From contig NC_007614.1 of the NCBI RefSeq assembly GCF_000196355.1, positions 2,940,001 through 2,972,000 of the forward strand: a DNA stretch of 32,000 bases, written 5' to 3'. The position numbers and the translations under genes were made by a program. The stretch is from Nitrosospira multiformis ATCC 25196 (GTDB lineage Bacteria > Pseudomonadota > Gammaproteobacteria > Burkholderiales > Nitrosomonadaceae). This document shows, piece after piece, positions 25,417-32,000 of the stretch; positions within the stretch are counted from its first letter, which is position 1; every line of letters begins with the position of its first letter. Under the pieces are notes generated by a model. That model ran no database searches and was not told where the DNA came from. It worked only from the letters and a program-made list of their open reading frames with translations.

Positions 25417-26190
25417 TCAAAGCGTGATCTTCAACGCCATCGCCTTGGCCACGGCGTGAGCCCGATTATTGACATCCAGCTTTTTCAGGATTTTCTGAAT
25501 GTGGTTTTTGACAGTAAGCGGACTGATGTAAAGTAACTGGGCTATTTCATGATTGCTCTTTCCCGCCTGAACATGGCGCAAAATTTCCGTCTCGCGGTCC
25601 GTGATGAGTTTTCTGCTTCTTTCCCCCACGGCACCCTGCTTATGATGGCGTTCATGAAACAGCATACGTACCAGCGCCATATGCATGTGCGGCATCAGCA
25701 GCTCGAGGAAATAAGCATGACGCTCGCTCAATGCGGCGGAAATCTGGGTAAAGGTAAAGAAGCAGGTGGTTCGGCCATTGGTGTCGAACATTCCGTGCGC
25801 CGCGATACGCTGGAGATTTTCACGCTTGAGGTCGTTAGAAAAACGCTTGTAGGTGGGCGTATGCGAATTATTTGGACAAACCAGAAGCGGCTGGTTTTTG
25901 CCCGCGCTCCATGCGGACATGGCGCGAAATACAATTCCCCCATCGGGACGGCAAAGTTCTGAAAACCGGATTTCGTCCATATCTGTGCGACTGAATCTTT
26001 CGATATTCACAGCCTGCCCATTGCCTTCATCGAACAGGCATATGAGCATGCCATGCGGCAGAAGGCCCTGCAGTTCCCCCTGCGCCCACAAGAAAAACTG
26101 ATGACGCCGAAATATATTGATTGATGAATCGATAATCCGGAACAGGTATTCCGCCTCCCGCTCCGTCAGCGTAAACTCTCCCCCCATCAT
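25417..26190 (-). CDS. LuxR/GerE-type HTH transcriptional regulator, EpsA-like (PEP-CTERM/exosortase-associated class)
   Basis: The C-terminal GerE helix-turn-helix is TDRETEILRHVQAGKSNHEIAQLLYISPLTVKNHIQKILKKLDVNNRAHAVAKA. About 190 aa of non-receiver N-terminal domain precede it. The position directly beside a PEP-CTERM gene matches my recollection of the EpsA family description (TIGR03020). Confidence 0.8.
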   Translation of the reverse strand: MMGGEFTLTEREAEYLFRIIDSSINIFRRHQFFLWAQGELQGLLPHGMLICLFDEGNGQAVNIERFSRTDMDEIRFSELCRPDGGIVFRAMSAWSAGKNQPLLVCPNNSHTPTYKRFSNDLKRENLQRIAAHGMFDTNGRTTCFFTFTQISAALSERHAYFLELLMPHMHMALVRMLFHERHHKQGAVGERSRKLITDRETEILRHVQAGKSNHEIAQLLYISPLTVKNHIQKILKKLDVNNRAHAVAKAMALKITL

Positions 26191-26225
26191 TCCTTATGCC
26201 CTGATTATTCATATCGTTCTCGGAC

Positions 26226-26241
26226 TGCAACGGTCTTCCCG
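26226..26241 (-). promoter_or_regulatory. Candidate sigma54 (-24/-12) promoter for the epsA-like gene
   Basis: The minus strand reads TCGGGAAGaccgTTGCA against the consensus YTGGCACGrNNNTTGCW. GG and TTGCA are intact with the correct spacing, and 11 of 14 defined positions match. The implied transcription start is about 25 nt upstream of the ATG at 26190. Confidence 0.3.
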
Positions 26242-26311
26242 ATATTATTCGATTTGCGCGAGTGCGTATTTTCGTGGCAGGATATGACTGAATCATTAAG
26301 ATCAGATGTCA

Positions 26312-26323
26312 GATTCATGAATC
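26312..26323. promoter_or_regulatory. Perfect 12-bp palindrome GATTCATGAATC about 80 nt upstream of the sigma54-like element
   Basis: Read directly. Related TGAATC / GATCAG repeats flank it at 26288-26311. The geometry is compatible with an enhancer-binding-protein or LuxR-type site. Confidence 0.3.
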
Positions 26324-26462
26324 CGATATAGGTAGAAAGGACCACGCAGACAACAGGAGGAAATGCAGGGATGCCTTCCCCTGGTTCCATGAAATATGCA
26401 ACTGTGAAGAGACAGATGGAGACGGGCTCCCCGGAAACTTCCAGTTCCGAACTTCTGAAGTT

Positions 26463-27275
26463 CTAATATTGAACGCTCTGCGGGAAGGAGCCGGATTGTG
26501 GGGATGAATCGGGTTGCGAGGACCTCCCATCCTCTTGATCGGAAGGGCTGGGGGAGAGCGAGAAAGGCGAGGATGGTGGCGGGATACCGTTTTCCGATTC
26601 CGCTTTTGGCTGGGAACCGGAAGCTTCCGGCTGCAGCCGAAGATCTCCTGGTCGCCATTCAGAGGAAGATTGTGGTGGAGTAGCGGGCGAATCGGCCGGC
26701 ACAGCTTGCGCTTGGGGCAGACTGGCGGAGTCTCCGGGGAAGTAGACGAACTTCCAGTCGCGATAATCCTTCGCTTCCGCAAAATCCGCATAGCGTTCCG
26801 GAAAATTGGCGCGCTTGAGCGGAGGCTCTTTTGAAAGGCTGTACACGCCGATTATTCCGGCATTCGGCTGTGTGACCAGACCCCACTCGCTTGAGGCAGT
26901 CATGGGGTCGAAAAATATTTTCCGGAGATGCCGTTTGATGGTGGAAAAACGCTTATCCAGGAGCAATTTTTCCAATGAATCGGGATAACGCTTCGGCATG
27001 CCGGGTGAATTTTCGTAATAAGAGCCGATCGCCTGCCTGAACTGTTCTCCGACAAACATCAGTTCTTTTTCTTTTTCCCGCCGTACCTCGGTACGCCATA
27101 CCTGCACGACGCCTGCCAACGCAACGCTGGTCAGCGCCACCACAAACAGGATCCAGATATAGGTAAAACCCTTTTGTCCTGCGCCTCCTACGTCTCCCAC
27201 GCCTCCTACACCTATATGGCGCGGTATTTCTTGCCGCCCAATCACACCGCTACCAGGCCGCGTAAGAGGTTCCAT
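26463..27275 (-). CDS. Atypical pseudopilin-like protein with a long Ser/Pro/Gln-rich C-terminal tail
   Basis: A prepilin-like N-terminus is present (...GAGQKG/FTYIWILFVVALTSVALAGVV), but position +5 is Trp rather than Glu. A GspG-like core follows (EKELMFVGEQFRQAIGSYY...YPDSLEKLLLDKR...RKIFFDPMT...EWGLV...IIGVYSLS). About 110 aa of low-complexity tail then follow. The start is taken as the ATG at 27275, with a GAGGA Shine-Dalgarno upstream. The ORF-track start is 27308. Confidence 0.75.
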   Translation of the reverse strand: MEPLTRPGSGVIGRQEIPRHIGVGGVGDVGGAGQKGFTYIWILFVVALTSVALAGVVQVWRTEVRREKEKELMFVGEQFRQAIGSYYENSPGMPKRYPDSLEKLLLDKRFSTIKRHLRKIFFDPMTASSEWGLVTQPNAGIIGVYSLSKEPPLKRANFPERYADFAEAKDYRDWKFVYFPGDSASLPQAQAVPADSPATPPQSSSEWRPGDLRLQPEASGSQPKAESENGIPPPSSPFSLSPSPSDQEDGRSSQPDSSPQSGSFPQSVQY

Positions 27276-27630
27276 CCTTTGACTCTTCCTCCGCGCCGCT
27301 GCGCACATCGTAGAGACCTTCGGCTGAATCAGGGGGAGGGAGGGTGACCCAGGTTTCGGAACTTTCGGTCAAGGGATCAACCGGAATGGCGCGCAAGTAC
27401 CGCTTCTCGACCAGTTCTGCCAGATCGCGGGGATAACTCCCGGTATCGCCGTAAAACTTGTCGATGGCATCCCGCATGACATTCAGGTCCTGGCGCAATA
27501 CTGCTTCCTTCGATCTTTCCACGGAGTTGAAGTACCGCGGGGCGGCAATGGTAAGAAGAACGGCAATGATGGCCATGACAACCAGCAACTCGACCAGGGT
27601 AAAGCCGGAGGGGTACGAGCCATGTTGCAT
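27250..27630 (-). CDS. GspG-like pseudopilin (prepilin-type N-terminal cleavage/methylation domain)
   Basis: MQHGSYPSG/FTLVELLVVMAIIAVLLTIAAPRY is a canonical class III signal with Glu at +5. It continues ...LRQDLNVMRDAIDKFYGDTGSYPRDLAELVEKRYLRAIPVDPLT. The ORF-track start at 27678 would give an unusually long leader. Confidence 0.85.
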   Translation of the reverse strand: MQHGSYPSGFTLVELLVVMAIIAVLLTIAAPRYFNSVERSKEAVLRQDLNVMRDAIDKFYGDTGSYPRDLAELVEKRYLRAIPVDPLTESSETWVTLPPPDSAEGLYDVRSGAEEESKDGTSYAAW

Positions 27631-27671
27631 ACTCCCGGAAGTAAATCCGGATTCAGTTTCGCACATCCTGA

Positions 27672-28184
27672 TCACCATTTATCGTAGGCAATGCCGTTCA
27701 AGCCGATCCGCGGTGAACGGGAATATACATCGAAAACATCATTCCCCTCCTGCGGGTTATCCGGTGAGCTCTCATAGGAACGCTTGCCCCAGGTGTCCGC
27801 AGCAGGCAATGCAGGGTCATCCGACATCGGGTCTCTCGGCAGTCGCCGCAGGAAATATATTTTACGCTTGGTGGGATGCTTGATATCCGGCACGCCATTC
27901 ACCAGATCTTCCAGCTTGCGCGGATACTCCGATTCATCGGCTTGCCGAACAATCCTCCCTTCGTTCACCGCGCCCTTGTATGCGTCCAGCGCTTCGCGGA
28001 TCTGGCGTAATCCCACCCGCAGTTCCTGTTCTTTTTCACGCTTTACCGTGAGTTCATATAACGGTATCGCGGCAGAAGCGAGCACTGCTGTGATGGCTAC
28101 GACGACGGTCAGTTCCACCAGGGTAAATCCCTGTCCGCCTGTTTTTTTTACTACCGCCACCGACGCAGCAAAAATACGCTTCAT
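27672..28184 (-). CDS. GspG-like pseudopilin (prepilin-type N-terminal cleavage/methylation domain)
   Basis: The N-terminus is ...KKTGGQG/FTLVELTVVVAITAVLASAAIPLY. A GspG-like body follows (LRVGLRQIREALDAYK...YPRKLEDLV...RRLPRDPM...WGKRSY...DVFDVYS). It starts 6 nt after the secretin stop. Confidence 0.85.
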   Translation of the reverse strand: MKRIFAASVAVVKKTGGQGFTLVELTVVVAITAVLASAAIPLYELTVKREKEQELRVGLRQIREALDAYKGAVNEGRIVRQADESEYPRKLEDLVNGVPDIKHPTKRKIYFLRRLPRDPMSDDPALPAADTWGKRSYESSPDNPQEGNDVFDVYSRSPRIGLNGIAYDKW

Positions 28185-28190
28185 GCCATC

Positions 28191-30440
28191 TCAACGAATA
28201 TCCACATTGACAGCCGGTGGCAAAGGCACCGGAACGGGAAGCGGCCCGCTTTCGTCCTTGAAACTGATATTCCCGATACTGATCTGAGTCGTGACAGGCT
28301 TTTGCGCCAAAATCCTGAATCGCACATCCGCGGCGCCGCCCCCCTTGCTCAGTTTCAATACGCGTGTTCCGGATTTATCACCCTCGTCCACCGGTTCAAG
28401 CGCCACAGGGTCATAATTCAGATCCAGTTCCGCGGGCGGGAGTGCATCTGCACCGGCGAGGGTCACGCTCACCACAAATTCCTGTCCTGCGGACACCTGT
28501 TCCGGCGCAGCCAGTGTCGCAACCGGTGCCCCCTCGGGCGGCGCCGGCGGACGGGTTTCCTCCCTGGAAGGCGCGGATGGCCACTGCCGGCTGGCGTTAG
28601 CATCGGAGGTTGGAGAGGAAGAAGCCATCGCCAGCGCCCGCGGCGCCACTTTGCCGATCATCAGCGGCGAAACCGCTATCGCATTCTCCGTACCGAAGGG
28701 CACTTCGCTGACCGCTTTCGCCGGACGGGCAATATTGCGCACGATACGCGGCGTAATCAGCAGCGCGATTTCAGTCTTGTTTCGGACAACGTTCTTATTG
28801 ATGAAAAGCTTTCCGATCCACGGCAACTCTGCCAGCCCGGGAACCTTGGAAAGCGTGGTGCGCTCGTCATCGCTGATCAATCCTGCCAGAACCTGGGTTT
28901 CGCCATCCTTCAACGCCAGCGTGGTCGCTGCCGTGCGCGTCCCTACCTGATAGGCAAGGCCCCCTCCCGTTACCGGCACTTCCTTGACGATATTGCTCAC
29001 TTCCAGGCTGACCTTCATGGAAACCTCATCCTGCAGCGAGATGGTGGATTCGACGTCCAGCTTGAGTCCCACATCGAGGTAGCTGACCGATGATGCCACA
29101 CCCACGTTGGCGGCTGCGGTCGTCGTGACGACTGGAACCTTGTCGCCGATCAGGACCTTCGCTTTCTCCCGGTTCTTGACGCGAATGCGCGGATTGGCAA
29201 GCACATTGATCAGCCCGTCCTGCTGCTTGAGGTTGACGATCAGGGCGGGATTGGCAACGAATCCAATCAGGTTGTCGAGATTGGAACCATTGCCGTTAAC
29301 CCCTGCACGGCTGATCTGAAAGGGCGGAAAAGGAGCCGCGCCGGCAGCACTGGCTGCGGTAAGATAATTTACATTGATCTTCTCAGGATACTGCAATCCG
29401 AGGTTGAGCAGTTTGTTGCGCCCGATTTCCAGCACCTCCACTTCCAGCATGACTTCGGGATCGGCCAGATCATTCAGCGTAACCAGCCGCTCGGCCAGCC
29501 GGATCGCCTCCGGCGTGTCTTTCATGACGAACAGGTTCAGCTTTTCGTCGACGTGCATGTCCTTGGTTTTGATCAACCCCTTGACCATCGCGACCATCTG
29601 CTTCACATCGGTATTCGTGACAAAGAAACTGCGCACCATCAATTCCTGGTATTCCTTCTGCTTGGCCGGAGTATTCGGATAGATCAGCACCGAATTTTCG
29701 TTGAGGACCTTGTGTGCGAGCTGGTTCGTCACCAGAAGGAGCTTGAATACATCCTCGATATTGGTCTCGCGCACGAAAATCGTCGTCTTGCTGTCCTGCT
29801 TGACGTCCTTGTCAAAGACCACGTTGATGCCGCCGGTGCGCGCCAGGATTTCGAATACCGATTTCAGGCCCGTATCTCGAAACTCGAGCGTGATAGGTTT
29901 TTTAAACGCGGTTTTCAGGATAGGGCCCGCTTGCGCGGCTTGCACTTCCATTTCGGTGATGCGCTGAATGAGCCTGCGTGCATCCCGCTGCATCGGATTT
30001 TCCTGCAGCACGGAGCGGACCTCGCTTGAAGCAGCTGCATACTCCCCCCGCTCCAGCAATTCTTCCGCTCGTTTTATTGCCGCTGTATGGCGGCGATCCA
30101 TATTGATCGCCTCCAACCCGGCGAGTGCGCGTTCATGACGTGGATTTATTTCAAGCGCCCGGCGAAAACTCCGTTCAGCCGCTTCCAGATCACCTGTCGA
30201 CCTTGCGGCTTCCGCCTCGAATACGAAACGCGCGGCTATCGCTTCGCGCTGGCGCGCGAGCACCGCGCGAATTTCAAGATTATCCGGATTTTCGCGCGCC
30301 GCCTGTTCGAGACTGGCAAGCCCAGTGTCGAGCTTGCCCTCGGCTATGAGCCGCTTGCCCTCCACGAACGCATTGTTTGTCGCGCATCCTGCAATTCCGG
30401 CAAGAACCAGGGCAAGCAGAACGTGTTTGCCAGTTTTCAT
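28191..30440 (-). CDS. Secretin (GspD/PilQ/MshL superfamily) with an N-terminal lipobox + TPR region and a C-terminal cohesin-like domain
   Basis: A lipoprotein signal is present (LLALVLAGIAGC/ATNN). TPR-like repeats span about residues 30-160 (...ARENPDNLEIRAVLAR..., ...ALEINPRHERALAGLEAI...). Secretin N-domains follow (ITLEFRDTGLKSVFEILARTGGINVVFD; MVRSFFVTNTDVKQMVAMVKGLI). The secretin core is VLANPRIRVKNREKAKVLIGDKVPV...LKDGETQVLAGLISDDERTTLSKVPGLAELPWIGKLF...TEIALLITPRIV. After a Pro-rich linker comes LAAPEQVSAGQEFVVSVTLAGADALPPAELDLNYDPVALEPVDEGD..., which matches the remembered cohesin-domain pattern. The start overlaps the upstream gene by 4 nt (ATGA). Confidence 0.9.
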   Translation of the reverse strand: MKTGKHVLLALVLAGIAGCATNNAFVEGKRLIAEGKLDTGLASLEQAARENPDNLEIRAVLARQREAIAARFVFEAEAARSTGDLEAAERSFRRALEINPRHERALAGLEAINMDRRHTAAIKRAEELLERGEYAAASSEVRSVLQENPMQRDARRLIQRITEMEVQAAQAGPILKTAFKKPITLEFRDTGLKSVFEILARTGGINVVFDKDVKQDSKTTIFVRETNIEDVFKLLLVTNQLAHKVLNENSVLIYPNTPAKQKEYQELMVRSFFVTNTDVKQMVAMVKGLIKTKDMHVDEKLNLFVMKDTPEAIRLAERLVTLNDLADPEVMLEVEVLEIGRNKLLNLGLQYPEKINVNYLTAASAAGAAPFPPFQISRAGVNGNGSNLDNLIGFVANPALIVNLKQQDGLINVLANPRIRVKNREKAKVLIGDKVPVVTTTAAANVGVASSVSYLDVGLKLDVESTISLQDEVSMKVSLEVSNIVKEVPVTGGGLAYQVGTRTAATTLALKDGETQVLAGLISDDERTTLSKVPGLAELPWIGKLFINKNVVRNKTEIALLITPRIVRNIARPAKAVSEVPFGTENAIAVSPLMIGKVAPRALAMASSSPTSDANASRQWPSAPSREETRPPAPPEGAPVATLAAPEQVSAGQEFVVSVTLAGADALPPAELDLNYDPVALEPVDEGDKSGTRVLKLSKGGGAADVRFRILAQKPVTTQISIGNISFKDESGPLPVPVPLPPAVNVDIR

Positions 30441-30961
30441 GGAATGTTTGCCGTTCCCGCAGTAGCAAGCATCTGCCTGGCGTTAAGAGGAAGATAGGTG
30501 AACGTGATGCCGCGATCGCTCACCTCATCCAATCGATACTGGTTATTGATGCTCTCACCAGGTCTGACGATATAATTGCGTTCTCCCAGGGCGAGAAACA
30601 CGCGTGTTTCATTCCCTTCGACAACCTTGCCCAGATACCTGAATTGCATCGGTGGCGGAGAGGGCCGCCTTGGCGGCTCCGGACGAGGAGGCGGAACCCA
30701 TGATCTCTGTCCGAAAATGTCACCTGCCTGGGCACTGAATTTTCTGCGCTCCAACCGCCCGAGATCCAGCTCAGCGGCTTCATTTTCGGGGGCGTTCCTG
30801 CCTGCAGGCGCTTCCTTTTGGAAATGGGGTGCTTCAGCAGAATCTGGAAGCGTTTCCGGACCTGCTTCGCCTTCTTCTCCGCTCACCCATTGGGCCACGA
30901 GAAGCGTGGCCAGCAGCGCTCCAGCCAGCCATAACCTGCGCGCCTTCTCTGTCGGTTTCAA
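30437..30961 (-). CDS. PilP/GspC-like inner-membrane-anchored secretin-interacting protein
   Basis: The 174-aa product has an N-terminal TM anchor (RRLWLAGALLATLLVAQWV) and an acidic/Pro-rich linker (PPPRPEPPRRPSPPP). Its C-terminal small beta-domain (FRYLGKVVEGNETRVFLALGERNYIVRPGESINNQYRLDEVSDRGITFTYLP) resembles the PilP / GspC-HR pattern. It has 4-nt overlaps with both neighbouring genes. Confidence 0.6.
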   Translation of the reverse strand: MKPTEKARRLWLAGALLATLLVAQWVSGEEGEAGPETLPDSAEAPHFQKEAPAGRNAPENEAAELDLGRLERRKFSAQAGDIFGQRSWVPPPRPEPPRRPSPPPMQFRYLGKVVEGNETRVFLALGERNYIVRPGESINNQYRLDEVSDRGITFTYLPLNARQMLATAGTANIP

Positions 30962-31536
30962 TGCTTGCCTTCGCTCAGATAGAGATTGAATTTGATATTC
31001 GCTTCCAGCAGCTCCGCGTGTACCCCCTCGCGCCGGATGGCAACGTCAACCAGCGCCATTGCCGGTACCGCGTGCAAGGCATCGGCAATGAAACCCCGCA
31101 ATTGGGAATAATTTCCGCGGACCGGCACCATCATTTCGTAGCGCGCCAGTTTCAGATCCTTCTCTCGTATCATGCGATATTCAGTGCCGCTGATTTCCAC
31201 GCCCCGTTCTCCTGCAATCCGTACCAGTTCTCCAATCCACAACGGGGATGAATCCAGCTTCGGAAAAAATGCGTAGAACGCCGGCAATGCCTGATCGCCA
31301 CGCAGCCTTCGGCGGTGGCTTCCGCTCTCGGCGGAAGGCTCCATTCTTATCCTTGCTTCCAGCACCTCGGCTTCAGCCCTGAGTGCTTTCGATTCCTCCT
31401 GCCGCGGCAACACGGCTACCAGAAAAAATACGGCGGAGAATACAAGCAGCCCGAAACCGATTTTTCCCGCAGGACCAAGCCGCTCCATTTGCCAGCGCAC
31501 CCGCAGCCATACCGTTTTAAGGGAATTCAAGTCCAT
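30958..31536 (-). CDS. PilO/GspM-like assembly protein
   Basis: The 192-aa product has a bitopic layout: a TM helix (IGFGLLVFSAVFFLVAVL), then a coiled coil (QEESKALRAEAEVLEARI). The C-terminal domain has a PilO-like pattern (YEMMVPVRGNYSQLRGFIADALHAVPAMALVDVAIRRE). It is positioned between the PilN-like and PilP-like genes. Confidence 0.6.
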   Translation of the reverse strand: MDLNSLKTVWLRVRWQMERLGPAGKIGFGLLVFSAVFFLVAVLPRQEESKALRAEAEVLEARIRMEPSAESGSHRRRLRGDQALPAFYAFFPKLDSSPLWIGELVRIAGERGVEISGTEYRMIREKDLKLARYEMMVPVRGNYSQLRGFIADALHAVPAMALVDVAIRREGVHAELLEANIKFNLYLSEGKH

Positions 31537-32000
31537 GACGCCGTCAGGAAAAAAACCACCGGCCGCTGGGGATCATCCCGTTTGATTTCATACTTGAGCA
31601 GATAAGCATCCTTGACAGCGGATTGCCGCTCCAGTTCACTGACAAAATCAAGCATGGCCGATATATTCTTTGCTTCCCCGCCGATACGGACCGTGCGGCC
31701 AAAAACATCCGGTTGAAACGACAGCAAGGCCACCTCCTGGCTCGCCGCATGCTCGACTGAATCAAAAAGTGACTCCCATGGCAAATCGATCTCGCTCATC
31801 ACCGCATTGGCTTTTTTTAGCTCTTTTTTTATTTCACCCCCGCCCTGTGCCGACCAGACGCGGGGCGCAATCTTGCGTTGCGCTCGCCGATCCATGCTGG
31901 CGATGCGCAGATCCCAATAAGCCACCTCGTCCATGGCCGATCTGAACTGATGCAATACTCCTGCCAGGGCGACAGCGCCCAGCAAGACGAGGAAGTAACC
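31527..32000 (-). CDS. PilN/GspL-C-like assembly protein, partial (the N-terminus lies beyond the right edge)
   Basis: The frame stays open to position 32000, and the ORF-track 'M' at 31985 is a TTG inside a TM helix (..GYFLVLLGAVALAGVL). The periplasmic part (LPWESLFDSVEHAASQEVALLSFQPDVFGRTVRIGGEAKNISAMLDFVSELERQSAVKDAYLL) follows the PilN pattern. Confidence 0.6.
   Translation of the reverse strand, partial: GYFLVLLGAVALAGVLHQFRSAMDEVAYWDLRIASMDRRAQRKIAPRVWSAQGGGEIKKELKKANAVMSEIDLPWESLFDSVEHAASQEVALLSFQPDVFGRTVRIGGEAKNISAMLDFVSELERQSAVKDAYLLKYEIKRDDPQRPVVFFLTASWT

Noticed and set aside
26205-26390. Small ORFs in the epsA to pseudopilin intergenic region, for example the 61-aa ORF at 26205-26390 (-) and 26302-26658 (-).
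   Set aside because: They overlap the predicted promoter and palindrome region, or are out of frame with the pseudopilin gene. They show no Shine-Dalgarno and no recognisable features.
22551-29093. Plus-strand ORFs 23156-23845, 23973-24728, 28302-29093, 29553-30029 and similar entries.
   Set aside because: They are shadow ORFs opposite the 498-aa, PEP-CTERM and secretin genes, and none has a plausible ribosome-binding site or domain.
1-32000. Checked by eye for CRISPR arrays, tRNA/rRNA genes, IS elements or transposases, integrases, and known defence-system signatures.
   Set aside because: I saw no direct-repeat/spacer array, no tRNA-like cloverleaf candidates, and no transposase, integrase, nuclease or ATPase-type ORFs. 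The AT-rich islet (about 7650-10480) lacks recognisable mobility genes, so horizontal origin remains only a compositional impression.

Overview
This 32-kb window comes from a GC-rich Gram-negative genome. The gene content (a PEP-CTERM tail of the 'PE..TWAMLLAGL..RRR' style, an EpsA-type LuxR regulator, a DUF3562-like ORF) suggests a betaproteobacterium, but that is a guess. From left to right there are four blocks. (i) 1-3552, minus strand: an exbB(DUF2341+LamG fusion)-exbD-tonB-porin-like operon. (ii) 3760-7646, plus strand: two phosphate-scavenging exoenzymes, a GDPD-family phosphodiesterase and a Tat-signal PhoX phosphatase. (iii) about 7650-10480: a visibly more AT-rich islet of small or hypothetical ORFs with recognisable promoter and terminator punctuation. 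(iv) 10048-32000: 14 consecutive minus-strand genes, the upstream 13 (10488-32000) forming a ~21.5-kb run. In transcription order the 14 are a partial PilN-like gene, PilO-like, PilP/GspC-like, an unusual lipoprotein-TPR secretin with a cohesin-like C-terminus, three GspG-like pseudopilins, an EpsA-like LuxR regulator, a PEP-CTERM-anchored protein, a 498-aa secreted protein with tentative PstS/DING-like motifs, a two-partner-secretion pair (TpsB plus a 3409-aa TpsA), and a small DUF3562-like ORF. I recognised no rRNA, tRNA, CRISPR array, IS element or integrase. The candidates most worth follow-up are the non-canonical T2SS/T4P-like module next to PEP-CTERM components, the way the whole window resembles a phosphate-starvation secretion island, and the DUF2341/LamG-ExbB TonB system. 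All functional calls rest on reading the translated ORFs and remembered family signatures. No database search was run.
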